Positions 21,172-31,328 of a stretch of 64,000 nt of DNA are shown here, one piece after another. A model generated the notes under the pieces. That model was given only the letters and a program-made list of their open reading frames with translations. It did not search any database and had not been told where the DNA came from. The stretch lies in the NCBI GenBank assembly GCA_963666205.1, contig OY762654.1, positions 2,112,001 to 2,176,000 on the forward strand. Direction: 5' to 3'. The first letter of the stretch is position 1, and each line of letters starts with the position of its first letter. The translations under genes and the position numbers were made by a program. The stretch comes from Synergistales bacterium (lineage in GTDB: Bacteria > Synergistota > Synergistia > Synergistales > JAFGMB01).

Positions 21172-23166
21172 TCAGGGCTGACCGATCTTTACCTTCTTTA
21201 TATCGAATTCCACCATATCCTGTATTCTCAGGGGTTTTATAATATTTTGAAGCCCTGGAATGTCCATATCCTGCCACAATGGGTCTACCACTGTACCCCC
21301 TGAAACTAACGGATAGGTTTTACCGGGTTTAAGTCCCTTCTTCATAAGAGGTTCTGCCGATCTTGCTCTGGTGGCACCAAGCTTTAACTTGCCCAGATCC
21401 GGATAGGATGCTCCCGGCATATTCTGCGTTACCGTGGTATAAACCGAGGGCAGATCTGGGGGCGTGGGGACAAGGGTCGGGGAGAACAGGTGAGGACGAA
21501 GGGTGGGATCCCCGAACAGGGTCTGACTGTAATACCTTTTGGGGCTCACATGACCAGGATTTGGAGGGAAGGTGGTGCCCCAGTTCTGGTGTCTGGCGTA
21601 GGACCTCTGAGTGATCATCTGGGCCTGCCCTATGTTCATCCCGTAGGCCATGGAAACATAGAACATCCCTGTTTCATGGGGACCCACGGTGGTGTTCCCC
21701 AGTACAGCCATGGGTTTCAGCTCCCCTATGTGGTTGGGGAAGAATAGATAATGCTCTCCCAGGTTATCTCTGTGCTTATAGTCGCAGGCAGAGCATCCAT
21801 GGTGGTAATAGAAAAGGGCTTTCATTTTCTGTGCCTTGAAAAGTTCTTCTTTGAAAACGCTTTCAATTCCCGAAGATATTCTGAACTCGTGCAGGTCATG
21901 GGCAGAATGCATGAATGTCTCCACCCAAAGGTAGTTTCCAAGTTTAAGCCTTTCGATATAATCGGCCTTGTTCGTGGTGTTCGTCCCGTTGACTATGCGG
22001 GTATATCCTTCAGTGTGCCCTGTTCCGGCATAGGAAGTTTCACCGAAGACCGGTCCTGGCCATGTAATGGACATCATGTTCGCTGTTGCCTGGGCAAGGT
22101 CCTGCATATCGTCATCGTAATAGATAAGGCGGTTTTTGAAGGTCTGTTCTTCCACATCTTCTGCGGAAGGGGTTTCCAGGCCCTTGCGGTAACAATGGTT
22201 GGCGTAGAGATACTTGCAGATCGCAACCCCATCCGAAGTCTGTAAAAAGTCAAGATTCTGAGGATTGATCCGCCCCATCCATATCTCGGGTTTTGCTCCC
22301 ATTCTTCCCCAGTCCTGGGTGTCGCCGGTCCAGTAAGGGGATACTTCATCCCCGGCCACACATTCATGATCTATTGGAATTTCCGGGTAGTCCATGGTGG
22401 TCACCAGGGGGTAGCCCGTTTCGTCAATCAGATTCCAGTTACCATCCATATCGGTAAGGTAGAGGTCACAGGCGAAAACACCTTCGTACAGCGTCTCATT
22501 CATCGTTCCCGATCCCGGGGTATCCTCTTTCCATGTCCTCATCCTCTTGTGGACCAGGGGAAGGGGAAAAGGACCCATCAGCACAAAACCAGTACCAAGG
22601 TCAAAGGCTTCTTTTGAAAGCTTGCCTTCTTCACATTCCTTGAGGGTCTCCAGCCACTTGGACCGAATGAAGCCCTTCAGATTTTTCACGTTGGTAAAGA
22701 AAGGGTCTATGTTTCCTTCAAAGCTGATGGTAAAAAGCTTCACCTTGTAGCCTTCGCTGGCCACATCTTTAGCATAGGTATGTACGTGAGGTAGAAGACC
22801 CTTTAACTGACCGACCTTCTCGCTGAGAAAAATAAAGAAAGTTCCTTCCCGGCCACCCTGTGCTTCCCAGATCCCCCCTGGCATGGCTTTCAAGGTGCCG
22901 TAGGTTTCAGGAGCTATGGTCACCTGCGAGATCATCCCCGGGGTTTTGATGATCTCCGCAGGGATCTTTATAGTATTTACAGGTGTTTTTTTAAGTTCGG
23001 GTGTTTTCTTGATGATGATCTTCTGAACATCAGTCTTTGCAGGGGGTTTCTGGATGGTGACGCTTGCAGCCCGGGTTTCAAATGCAACCCCCAGGACAAG
23101 CAGGCATAAAAAACAGGGGAGAATTATCATTAAGGTTTTTCTTATTTTTTTTTTGCCGCAGGACAT
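21172..23166 (-). CDS. Secreted protein with putative C25 (gingipain-like) peptidase domain
   Basis: Signal peptide; CDLYLTDMDGNW, PEIWMGRI, MHS, GCSAC, LFGDPTL. Confidence 0.55.
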   Translation of the reverse strand: MSCGKKKIRKTLMIILPCFLCLLVLGVAFETRAASVTIQKPPAKTDVQKIIIKKTPELKKTPVNTIKIPAEIIKTPGMISQVTIAPETYGTLKAMPGGIWEAQGGREGTFFIFLSEKVGQLKGLLPHVHTYAKDVASEGYKVKLFTISFEGNIDPFFTNVKNLKGFIRSKWLETLKECEEGKLSKEAFDLGTGFVLMGPFPLPLVHKRMRTWKEDTPGSGTMNETLYEGVFACDLYLTDMDGNWNLIDETGYPLVTTMDYPEIPIDHECVAGDEVSPYWTGDTQDWGRMGAKPEIWMGRINPQNLDFLQTSDGVAICKYLYANHCYRKGLETPSAEDVEEQTFKNRLIYYDDDMQDLAQATANMMSITWPGPVFGETSYAGTGHTEGYTRIVNGTNTTNKADYIERLKLGNYLWVETFMHSAHDLHEFRISSGIESVFKEELFKAQKMKALFYYHHGCSACDYKHRDNLGEHYLFFPNHIGELKPMAVLGNTTVGPHETGMFYVSMAYGMNIGQAQMITQRSYARHQNWGTTFPPNPGHVSPKRYYSQTLFGDPTLRPHLFSPTLVPTPPDLPSVYTTVTQNMPGASYPDLGKLKLGATRARSAEPLMKKGLKPGKTYPLVSGGTVVDPLWQDMDIPGLQNIIKPLRIQDMVEFDIKKVKIGQP

Positions 23167-23300
23167 CACATACACCTCCCAAAGTTTGAACTGACAGGAT
23201 CTCCAACTTATGACCTTGATCTGAGAGCAAATCCGGAAATCAATTGCTTAATAGTATAGACCTTTTGAAGCATGTTTTGTTAAACAGATAAAGTAACTAA

Positions 23301-23494
23301 TGGGGTCAGACCTTGATTTTAACCGTATGTATGCAATGTAAGGATAGTCAAGGTGTCAATCATTGTATTACCGAACTATCCATCCATGGAGTGGAGCATA
23401 TTAAAACAGGGAGGGGACCAAATTTATCGGGTATGTTATTACCTTTCCTCGATAATCATCAATAGTCCATCAAAATAGCCAGGGTCTAACCCGA
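23301..23494. mobile_element. Degenerate MITE-like element; left end is a subtype 3 GGGGTCA site
   Basis: TGGGGTCAGACCTTGATTTTAACCGTATGTATGCAAT at left; inverted degenerate CAGGGTCTAACCCGA at right. Confidence 0.55.
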
Positions 23495-23507
23495 AGTATT
23501 CAGGACT

Positions 23508-23996
23508 CTATCTGTTTTCATACATTTTCTCAATGATCTTTTTCCCTGATTCCGTTTTAAAATGTTTATTAACAAAATCTATAACCGTATTCTTATCCAT
23601 GTCTTTTTCCGGCGCATTCACAATAAAATCTGCTTCCACCAGGACCTGAAAATCCATACCATCAATATATTCAAAACTGTGGTGATGGCCTATGATAAAA
23701 CAGACTCTTTCGATTATGTCTTCATTAATCTGTAATTTCTCCAGGATATTTCTGGCAACAGGAGGCCCTTCCATTTCCTGGCATTTCCACGATGAGTTGT
23801 TATACTTTCTCTCGCATTCTTTTATCCCTATATCGTGGAGTATTGCTGAAACAGCTATTATTTCCCCGGTTGAGGGATCAACTGCTTCAAGTTCGGCTAT
23901 GGCATTGGCGTAACCGTAAACCTTCATCGCATGGTCTATTCTCTTCTTGTCATTCCCGAATATTTCGATCATTTCTCCTATGGGTAGTTGAAACAT
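23508..23996 (-). CDS. HD-domain phosphohydrolase, copy 2
   Basis: LHDIG, GHHH, EADF; paralog of 7572..8060. Confidence 0.87.
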   Translation of the reverse strand: MFQLPIGEMIEIFGNDKKRIDHAMKVYGYANAIAELEAVDPSTGEIIAVSAILHDIGIKECERKYNNSSWKCQEMEGPPVARNILEKLQINEDIIERVCFIIGHHHSFEYIDGMDFQVLVEADFIVNAPEKDMDKNTVIDFVNKHFKTESGKKIIEKMYENR

Positions 23997-24174
23997 GCTT
24001 ACCTCCTTTTATCGATCTATTATGAGTTGGTCTGTTTTCTCTGTGGTGAAGTTTCTTTCATTTTCAAGCCAAGCATTTTTCGACCTGTCTGGTATCGATT
24101 TCAATTGAATATAGCTCAAGGGAGGGAGAAAAACAAACCTTTTATCCTTTATTCAGAACCTACTGTTCAAATAG

Positions 24175-24212
24175 AAAGGCCTCTCCCCAAATGGAGTGGG
24201 GCAGAGGCCTTT
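24175..24212 (-). terminator. Intrinsic terminator
   Basis: AAAGGCCTCT / AGAGGCCTTT downstream of the CTERM gene. Confidence 0.65.
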
Positions 24213-24236
24213 TTCACTTCTGCTGAAAGATGGTTC

Positions 24237-26606
24237 TTATCTTTTCCTGAGCATCATGATCAATGGTATGAGCATCATCCAGAGAATCATTCTCAGGCTG
24301 GCAATGCTGCACCCACCACCACCTGAACCGGCTGAGGGTTCTGGTTCTTCAGGGCTGCCTGGCTCTGATGAAGTATCCCTGTTCAGAATCTCAGGATCAA
24401 GTGTAGATGCCATCATGGAGCCCCAGGCTTCTTTGGGGATCTGGATGAAACATGACCAGTCTCCCTCTGTTTCCATTTTCCAGGTCAGAGGCATTCTGAT
24501 CCATTCCGTACCATCATGCCACCAGAGATCGGGCCTCTCTCCTGTAAGCCATGGATAGTCTTTCTCATTGAGTGAAGAACTCAAGGAAAGATAGTCGATC
24601 TTTTCTGTACCCTCCGGAAGAAGGTAGAAGAAGATGCTGTTTTCAGACCATTCTGCACCTTCCTTCAGCAGAGAAGACACCAATCCTGCTTCTGGTTCTA
24701 TCATTGCGGCTGAGATCTGCCCATTATATTCTGCAGAACATGGAGTAAGGACTATCCTGTAGGGTATACCCTCGGAGTCCGGATAGAATCCTTCTATGGT
24801 GGTTTCCATGATTCCCGATTCCGGGCCCGGAGGTATTACAGGACCAGGAGTGATATCAGGATTGATGAGCCAGATCTGGCATCCCTTGCTGGAATTAGCT
24901 GTTCCCAGGAATATCCCTTCTGAAGTTGAGATCATGGTTCTTCCCCCGATGTTCAGTTCATCTCCAATGATGTCATTGACTTCGTCAAAGTAGCCGAAGG
25001 TCTCACCGAACCCTCCGTCCTGGGTAATGGGTGTCCAGTCAGTTCCATTTTCCGTAAAATACAGGTCGAAGCCGCTCCTGTTGCTGTTCACAAGCCTGAA
25101 AAATCTGACCAGACCTTCCATGATTTCTTCGTTTCCTTCTCCAAGCATCTGGATTATGCCCTCGAACATAGCCCTCAAATCAACGGTAGATGCATAAAGC
25201 CTGTTATCATGAGCGCACATCCTCCATATATATCTCTGGATGCTCAGATTCGGGAAATACTCCTTGAACAATGGCAATGAAGGCATGGGACCGAAAATGG
25301 ACTGGAAGATATCCATGATCTCAAAGCTGGAAAGAGATGGAGCTTCGAACCATCCTGCTCTCCAGTTGCCTATCCTGTAATTGAAATCCTCAAGGGGAGA
25401 GGACCTTCCAGGGTCACCGATCACCATTTCCCAGTTATCACTGGTATCAGAACGGTATATCTGTGGAGGAGTCCAGTTATTCAGGAGGGTAACAATACCT
25501 CCGAGAATATCTTCCGTCGCCCCTCCTCCCATTGCCTGGAGCATCATCATTATCAGATCTTTCCAGTTGGAAAAGGTTCCCATGTACATCATTCCGTTGA
25601 AGATAACAGGACTTGCCGCTGCATTCTCGTAATTGCCCAGCCCTGCAGGGTATTTACCACCTGCACTTTTCGTTACCACCTTGTGCCAGCCAGGATCCCC
25701 GGGGTTTTCTCCCTTGAACACCTGGAAGCCGTTAATGGGGTCGGCAATGGAAACATAGAGGTAACCGTTGAAACTGACCATGTCCCATACACCTGACCAT
25801 CCCGGGAAATAACCTATCTCGGTGAAATGGTCAGGGGAACCCACCTTTTCCCATCCAACCCAGGAATTAATGTTCGAGAAATCCGATGAAAGGGGTTCCT
25901 GGGCAACTGGAGCTGCAGTGCTCCTGTAGATATCTACCAGGGTGTTCCCGTAAGGAATTCCGTTCTTGTCCACTCCAAGGATATTTGCGGAGTCGGCACC
26001 AACGTAAAGTCTGCAGTTGTGGACCGTCATTCCCCTCAGGCCAGATCCGCTGGTATTGGCCATGCGGAAGACTTCCTCAACCTCAGATGACCCATCAGTG
26101 AAACGGAGTATCCTTGAAAAGGGACCAGTAAAGAAAGGATAGGAAACAACGTACAGGGACCCATCATAGACCTCCATGGCCCGATACCCTTTTTCCAGGG
26201 TCACATCCTCACTTCCCACAGTGATCTTAGGGGATTCATAGACCAGTTCCCAGTTTCCTGTCAGATCGGTCTTGTCCCTCCTGTAAAGTTTGGCCCTGTC
26301 ATCCGACAAGGGAGGCAGCATTCCGGGGGGCATGGAAAAACCTGGTCCTCCCGGATAACCCATAAGCATTTCATTCATGTAATTTCTGACGGTTCCCACG
26401 TAAATATCTCCTGCATATTCCTGTTCGCACCATGCATAGCTGTTCTCAGCATCATTAACCAGTCCGTCTACTTCCATCGGATTTACAGGAAGGATCTGGT
26501 TTCCGCTAACCTTCTGAACGTTATGTACAACATCTGCTCCTGCTGCATAAGGTAAAAGGGAAAGAACAAGTAAAAGAAGAAACCCTGTCAGTGCACTTTT
26601 TTTCAT
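24237..26606 (-). CDS. Secreted surface protein (probable beta-propeller) with Synergist-CTERM
   Basis: Signal peptide; repeated (M/F)xx(F/Y)(N/D)GxLY(V/M)G blades; GSGGGGCSIA-TM-RKR terminus. Confidence 0.75.
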   Translation of the reverse strand: MKKSALTGFLLLLVLSLLPYAAGADVVHNVQKVSGNQILPVNPMEVDGLVNDAENSYAWCEQEYAGDIYVGTVRNYMNEMLMGYPGGPGFSMPPGMLPPLSDDRAKLYRRDKTDLTGNWELVYESPKITVGSEDVTLEKGYRAMEVYDGSLYVVSYPFFTGPFSRILRFTDGSSEVEEVFRMANTSGSGLRGMTVHNCRLYVGADSANILGVDKNGIPYGNTLVDIYRSTAAPVAQEPLSSDFSNINSWVGWEKVGSPDHFTEIGYFPGWSGVWDMVSFNGYLYVSIADPINGFQVFKGENPGDPGWHKVVTKSAGGKYPAGLGNYENAAASPVIFNGMMYMGTFSNWKDLIMMMLQAMGGGATEDILGGIVTLLNNWTPPQIYRSDTSDNWEMVIGDPGRSSPLEDFNYRIGNWRAGWFEAPSLSSFEIMDIFQSIFGPMPSLPLFKEYFPNLSIQRYIWRMCAHDNRLYASTVDLRAMFEGIIQMLGEGNEEIMEGLVRFFRLVNSNRSGFDLYFTENGTDWTPITQDGGFGETFGYFDEVNDIIGDELNIGGRTMISTSEGIFLGTANSSKGCQIWLINPDITPGPVIPPGPESGIMETTIEGFYPDSEGIPYRIVLTPCSAEYNGQISAAMIEPEAGLVSSLLKEGAEWSENSIFFYLLPEGTEKIDYLSLSSSLNEKDYPWLTGERPDLWWHDGTEWIRMPLTWKMETEGDWSCFIQIPKEAWGSMMASTLDPEILNRDTSSEPGSPEEPEPSAGSGGGGCSIASLRMILWMMLIPLIMMLRKR

Positions 26607-26924
26607 TTGTTTCTACCCCCCCTTTTTTTGGTAATACATCTTTTGTTGACATCACATTTGCCGGTTTGAAGGCAAAAAAATCCCATGCAAACTCTATAGA
26701 CATTTCTTTATTTTCTGAATTGAAGCAAAGACGTTCTGATTTTTAATAATTAAGAAGATTATTTCAGGAAATTAAGTAAAAATAAAAAATGACGTGATGT
26801 TCAGGAAACACTGAGGAGTTATTAGTAATTCTAAGTATTAAGCTAAAGAAGCATTGCATTAACAATACATCATGAAATAGGATTTGTAAATCAACTAACC
26901 TGGAATTTGACAATGAAATAGGGA

Positions 26925-26997
26925 TAATAAAAGCGGGGTCAAACCTTGCACGCAACTCGTCAAGGTCAGAGCTTGATTTTAACCGTATGTATGCAAT
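26925..26997 (+). repeat. Tandem pair of GGTCA sites (subtype 1 head + subtype 3)
   Basis: TAATAAAAGCGGGGTCAAACCTTGCACGCA then AGGTCAGAGCTTGATTTTAACCGTATGTATGCAAT. Confidence 0.85.
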
Positions 26998-27324
26998 CAC
27001 AGTTATATCACTATGCATGTGTACCATATCCTTGAGGATTTGTAAGGAAATGACAGATCCTACCTTAATGAATTACGCACATTTTCTTAATTTTCCCGGT
27101 AAATCAGAATTCTACATGGGAAGCCTGGAGCAGTAGTTCGAATTTATAATGGGAAGTTAAGAAGAATCTGGCTCTTTTCTTTCAGACCTATTTCTACGCA
27201 TTGACTTGGTGAAGGTATGTTTAATTGACACTCTTTCTTTATATAAGTATTCTGTTAAATAAGAATTGAAAGTTGTTTCCTCATTAAATCCATCCGCAGA
27301 TGCCTGCGGTATCCCAAGTCGGAG

Positions 27325-28887
27325 GTGATACCCATGATAAAGAAAAACAGAAGTTTATCTTTTCGACTGGCGGCATTGGCTGTCCCGTTGCTCTTGATAT
27401 GCCTTTTTATCCATTCCTCACAGGCATCTGCCACGGTCTTCATGAATGTTCCTGATGGATCTGAACTTGAAGAGATCCTGGGCAAATTCGAGACCCTGGT
27501 CGAAAAGACCCGCCAGGAATTCGGTATACCAGGTATGGCTGTTGCCATAATCCAGGACGACGAGGTCGTATATTCAAAGGGGTTCGGTGTAAGGAAGGTG
27601 GGCAAGGACAAACCAGTGACCCCTGAAACAGTTTTTCAGATCGGTTCTACTTCCAAGGCTTTTACCGCAGCCCTGGTGGCAACCCTGGTTGATGAGGGTG
27701 AAGTGGGATGGAAGGATCCTGTGGTCAAGCATCTGCCGAATTTCGTCATGGCTGATCCTTGGGTGACACAGGCTTTCCAGGTACGAGACCTTATGGCCCA
27801 GCATAGCGGGATGAAACAGTATACCGGTGATATCCTTTCACTTATGGGTTACGGAAGGGATGATATTGTACGGTCTACAGCATTTCTTCAACCTGTCTCA
27901 AGTTTCAGATCGGAATTTTCTTATGTTAACAACCTCTGGGTTACAGCTGCTGCTCTGCTGGAGAAAAAAACCGGGAAGAGCTGGGAGCAGAACCTGCAGG
28001 AGAGGATACTGGATCCCCTGGGTATGAAAAACACAACCTTTACAAAAGAAGGCCTGCTGGGTTCACCCGAAGCCACATCACTCCACATACTGGAGAACGG
28101 GAAAGTGGTTCCTCTTGAAGGAGACTGGATCTTTTTTGACTGGTGCTATACCTATGCTCCTGCAGGAGGTATCAATTCGACAGTCATGGACATGGCAAGA
28201 TGGGTTAGATTCCAGCTTGGTGACGGGACTGTTGAGGGTAGAAAGATCCTTTCTCCCCAGAACCTGGAGTATCCCCATCATCCCCAGACTCCAATAGATG
28301 CAAAAAACTCCTACTGTATGGGCTGGTTGAAGTCTGATTTTCAGCCTTATCCCCTGATATGGCACAACGGAGAGACTACGGGATGCAGGACCCTGGTCAT
28401 GATGATGCCTAGGGCGAAATTGGGAATAGTGATCCTCTCAAATCTAGGGACCCGTGCGCCTGAGGGTCTGGGGTTTGCCTTTATGGACATGTATTTCGGC
28501 AATACTCCGGAAAAGGACTATATCTCAAAGGTTCTTAAGGCCTGGAATCGATCAAAAGAAAAGGCGGAGAAGAATGATCTCTCACAACATGCCTGGGTTC
28601 CTGAAGATCGTTCCGTATATGAAGGCATTTACAAAAGTGACTTTTTAGGAAGGGGTACGGTCATTGAGGAGGAGGGATGTCTTTGGTTACAGCTAGGTCC
28701 TCTGGGCCGGCGACTTAGCCTCAATCCCCTGAAACAGGATTTTTTCGCCTGCGAGGTTGAGAGCCTGGGACTTGCGGGGATGGTCCGGTTTAAACATGAT
28801 CCGGATGGAAAGGTCCTGGCCTTTGATATGACCGATGAGGATGGAGACCATTTCACTTCTTTTGTGAAAAAGAGTTCCCTGAAATAA
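27325..28887 (+). CDS. Secreted serine hydrolase (beta-lactamase class C family, DUF3471-like C-terminus)
   Basis: FQIGSTSK, FSYVN, WHNG. Confidence 0.88.
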   Translation: MIPMIKKNRSLSFRLAALAVPLLLICLFIHSSQASATVFMNVPDGSELEEILGKFETLVEKTRQEFGIPGMAVAIIQDDEVVYSKGFGVRKVGKDKPVTPETVFQIGSTSKAFTAALVATLVDEGEVGWKDPVVKHLPNFVMADPWVTQAFQVRDLMAQHSGMKQYTGDILSLMGYGRDDIVRSTAFLQPVSSFRSEFSYVNNLWVTAAALLEKKTGKSWEQNLQERILDPLGMKNTTFTKEGLLGSPEATSLHILENGKVVPLEGDWIFFDWCYTYAPAGGINSTVMDMARWVRFQLGDGTVEGRKILSPQNLEYPHHPQTPIDAKNSYCMGWLKSDFQPYPLIWHNGETTGCRTLVMMMPRAKLGIVILSNLGTRAPEGLGFAFMDMYFGNTPEKDYISKVLKAWNRSKEKAEKNDLSQHAWVPEDRSVYEGIYKSDFLGRGTVIEEEGCLWLQLGPLGRRLSLNPLKQDFFACEVESLGLAGMVRFKHDPDGKVLAFDMTDEDGDHFTSFVKKSSLK

Positions 28888-28981
28888 CCTGCAGTAAAGA
28901 TTGCTTGATGTAACACTGCAACATAACTATGGCCTGATGAATCTGTTTCAGACCTCCGATCCGATGAGAAGGAGTGAAACT

Positions 28982-31003
28982 ATGAGTAATTTCAAAAGAT
29001 ATGTTGTTCTTGTTCCAGTTCTTATTGCGCTTCTGTTTATTCCTTCATGGTACGCTGAGGCCCTGGAGTCAGGGGGGAATTATCCTCAAACCATCTCCAC
29101 AGCCCGGGAGGTTCTGTGGAAGGCCATATCATCAGGTGTTAACTCTGCCACAGTTGCTGTAATGGATGGAGGGAATATCATCTATTCCGAGTGTTTTGGT
29201 CCGGCAGACCGTGCAGAGAACAGGCTGGTGGATGCCAATACCCGTTTCAACATAGGATCCACCAGCAAAATGTTCGTTGCAGTTGCTACCCTGCTGCTTG
29301 TCGACGAGGGCAAGCTCGATCTTGATGACCCTGTGGTCAAATATATTCCGGAATTTACCATGCCTGACGAGCGGTACAGGGATATAACGGTTCGAATGCT
29401 CTTCAACCATTCATCCGGTTTACCGGGTACAACCTTCCTGTTCGGTGAAGATCCGGGCAGGGATCTCTATATGCTTCTTCTGGATAATCTCAAGGAGACT
29501 TATCTGAAGCATGTCCCCGGAGCTATGAGTATTTACTGCAATGACGGTTTTACCCTTGCGGAAATGATCGTGGAACGCCTTTCGGGACAAAAATATATGG
29601 ACTTTATCGATGAAAGGATCTTCAAGCCTCTGGGAATGAAGAACACGGGGCCCAGTATAGGTGAAAGAGGCGGAAATGTTGCGGAGTACTATGATCCCGG
29701 CAATGGAAAGAAATATCCCCTGGAGACGGTGCTGGTCCATGCCGCAGGAGGGCTCTCCTCAACACCGCAGGACCTCTGCCGTTTCGGTGACAGTATGGCT
29801 CCAGGCGGGAATAATATTCTTTCCAGGGCTTCTCTGGAAGAATTAATGAAAGAACAGCCTACAACTTCGGTGGGTTGGTTTAAGGGGAATGCCCTTTATA
29901 ATTCATTCGGTTGGGAACATGCCTGGCTTCCCGACTATAAAGAAAAGGGGTACCAGGTCCTGGGTAAGGGAGGTAATACGGTATATTATTCCACCGGATT
30001 ACAGATACTGCCGTCTGAGAGAATCGCTGTTGCCGTAATAATTTCAGGGCAGGCCAGCGGAGAAGGTCTGACCAGTCCCATTCTGGATGCCCTTATGGAG
30101 GATAAGGGGCTTTTTGACAGGGAAGCACAGGTAGTTGCAAAACCGGTGAAGCCTCAATCTGTTCCCTCCGAGATGCTTCCCTTTGCGGGCTATTATGCAG
30201 ATGAAAAGACGGCTGTACAGTTCGTCTTCGATCAGGAAAAACAGACCCTGAGCATCTATCCCATACTGCCATGCCCTCCTGAAGGGAATGGAGAGAGGGT
30301 ACCTGCGCTGGTGTTGACCTATAACAACGGGTATTTCCATAATTTTGAGAAAAACATGCACTGCTATTTTCTGGAGGAAGAGGGAAATACCTTTCTTGTA
30401 GTTGAGAAGATCCCTGTCTATGGCAGCGATGTCTGGATCTTTCAGAAACTTGAAGAGATGGAAGACCCTGTGAAGCTTTCAGTTGAAATGGATGAATCCA
30501 TCTGGCTCGTGAGAAATATGCCTGCCCTCACCATGGTAGATGACGATCCATTTATGGTCAGGTCTTCCCTAAACCCTGCTATGCCGGGATATCTTTCCTT
30601 CTACGGGGTGGTGAAAATAGACGATCCCGATCATGCAGGCATTGCCGCTACTGCTTTTCGTGATCAGAGGGATCTGGTGCTTTTCCGGAAAAACGGTGAA
30701 GTACGTGTTAAGACGGGATTATTTGTTTTCTCTTGGGAGAATGTGGCCAGGATTCCTGAACCAGGGGTGAACACTGTAACGATCGGTGCTGAGGGAGAGA
30801 ATGAATGGATGAAGGTCGAGTCGGGATCTGTTCTTTCCTTCGAAAAGCCGAAGAATGGGCGTGTTCTCTTAATGTCGGCCGGGAAAGATACACCAATGCT
30901 ATACGACAGCGAGGTTGATAGCGGAGAAATATATGCGCCCGCGGGCAGCTTTATCTTTTTCGCCGGATCTCCGGGGGATGTGTTCGAGGTAAGGGCACGG
31001 TAA
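28982..31003 (+). CDS. Secreted serine hydrolase (beta-lactamase class C family)
   Basis: FNIGSTSK, YCND, KGG; RBS AAGGAG before ATG 28982. Confidence 0.85.
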   Translation: MSNFKRYVVLVPVLIALLFIPSWYAEALESGGNYPQTISTAREVLWKAISSGVNSATVAVMDGGNIIYSECFGPADRAENRLVDANTRFNIGSTSKMFVAVATLLLVDEGKLDLDDPVVKYIPEFTMPDERYRDITVRMLFNHSSGLPGTTFLFGEDPGRDLYMLLLDNLKETYLKHVPGAMSIYCNDGFTLAEMIVERLSGQKYMDFIDERIFKPLGMKNTGPSIGERGGNVAEYYDPGNGKKYPLETVLVHAAGGLSSTPQDLCRFGDSMAPGGNNILSRASLEELMKEQPTTSVGWFKGNALYNSFGWEHAWLPDYKEKGYQVLGKGGNTVYYSTGLQILPSERIAVAVIISGQASGEGLTSPILDALMEDKGLFDREAQVVAKPVKPQSVPSEMLPFAGYYADEKTAVQFVFDQEKQTLSIYPILPCPPEGNGERVPALVLTYNNGYFHNFEKNMHCYFLEEEGNTFLVVEKIPVYGSDVWIFQKLEEMEDPVKLSVEMDESIWLVRNMPALTMVDDDPFMVRSSLNPAMPGYLSFYGVVKIDDPDHAGIAATAFRDQRDLVLFRKNGEVRVKTGLFVFSWENVARIPEPGVNTVTIGAEGENEWMKVESGSVLSFEKPKNGRVLLMSAGKDTPMLYDSEVDSGEIYAPAGSFIFFAGSPGDVFEVRAR

Positions 31004-31095
31004 ACAATGGACAACCCATAGTCCTGGAGCTGTTATTCAATCCTTTATCCTTGTGAATTGACGATGTCAATGGTGCTTTGCTACCATAGGTCCCG

Positions 31096-31158
31096 TAATA
31101 AAAGCGGGGTCAAGCCTTGCACGCACGGTTTTGTAGTGCAACTGAATTGAAAACAGAG
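31096..31158 (+). repeat. GGGGTCA junction site, subtype 1
   Basis: TAATAAAAGCGGGGTCAAGCCTTGCACGCACGGTTTTGTAGTGCAACTGAATTGAAAACAGA. Confidence 0.9.
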
Positions 31159-31269
31159 TTTATGATTGCTTAAAGCCCAAAAAGGTAGAAGATTAAACAA
31201 GAGACTGGGGTATGGCTTTAGTCGCCCATCTGGTTCGCCGGATGGATTAGACTGTATATGTCCCCCCAG

Positions 31270-31328
31270 TCTTTTTTTTTGGCATTCCCCAAAACTCTGA
31301 TCATTTCAGCTATCGGCAATGAAGACAT
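31270..31328 (-). pseudogene. 5' stub of a third HD-domain gene copy
   Basis: RBS, then MSSLPIAEMIRVLGNAKKK vs MSPLPIAEMIATFGNDKKR of copy 1. Confidence 0.75.
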
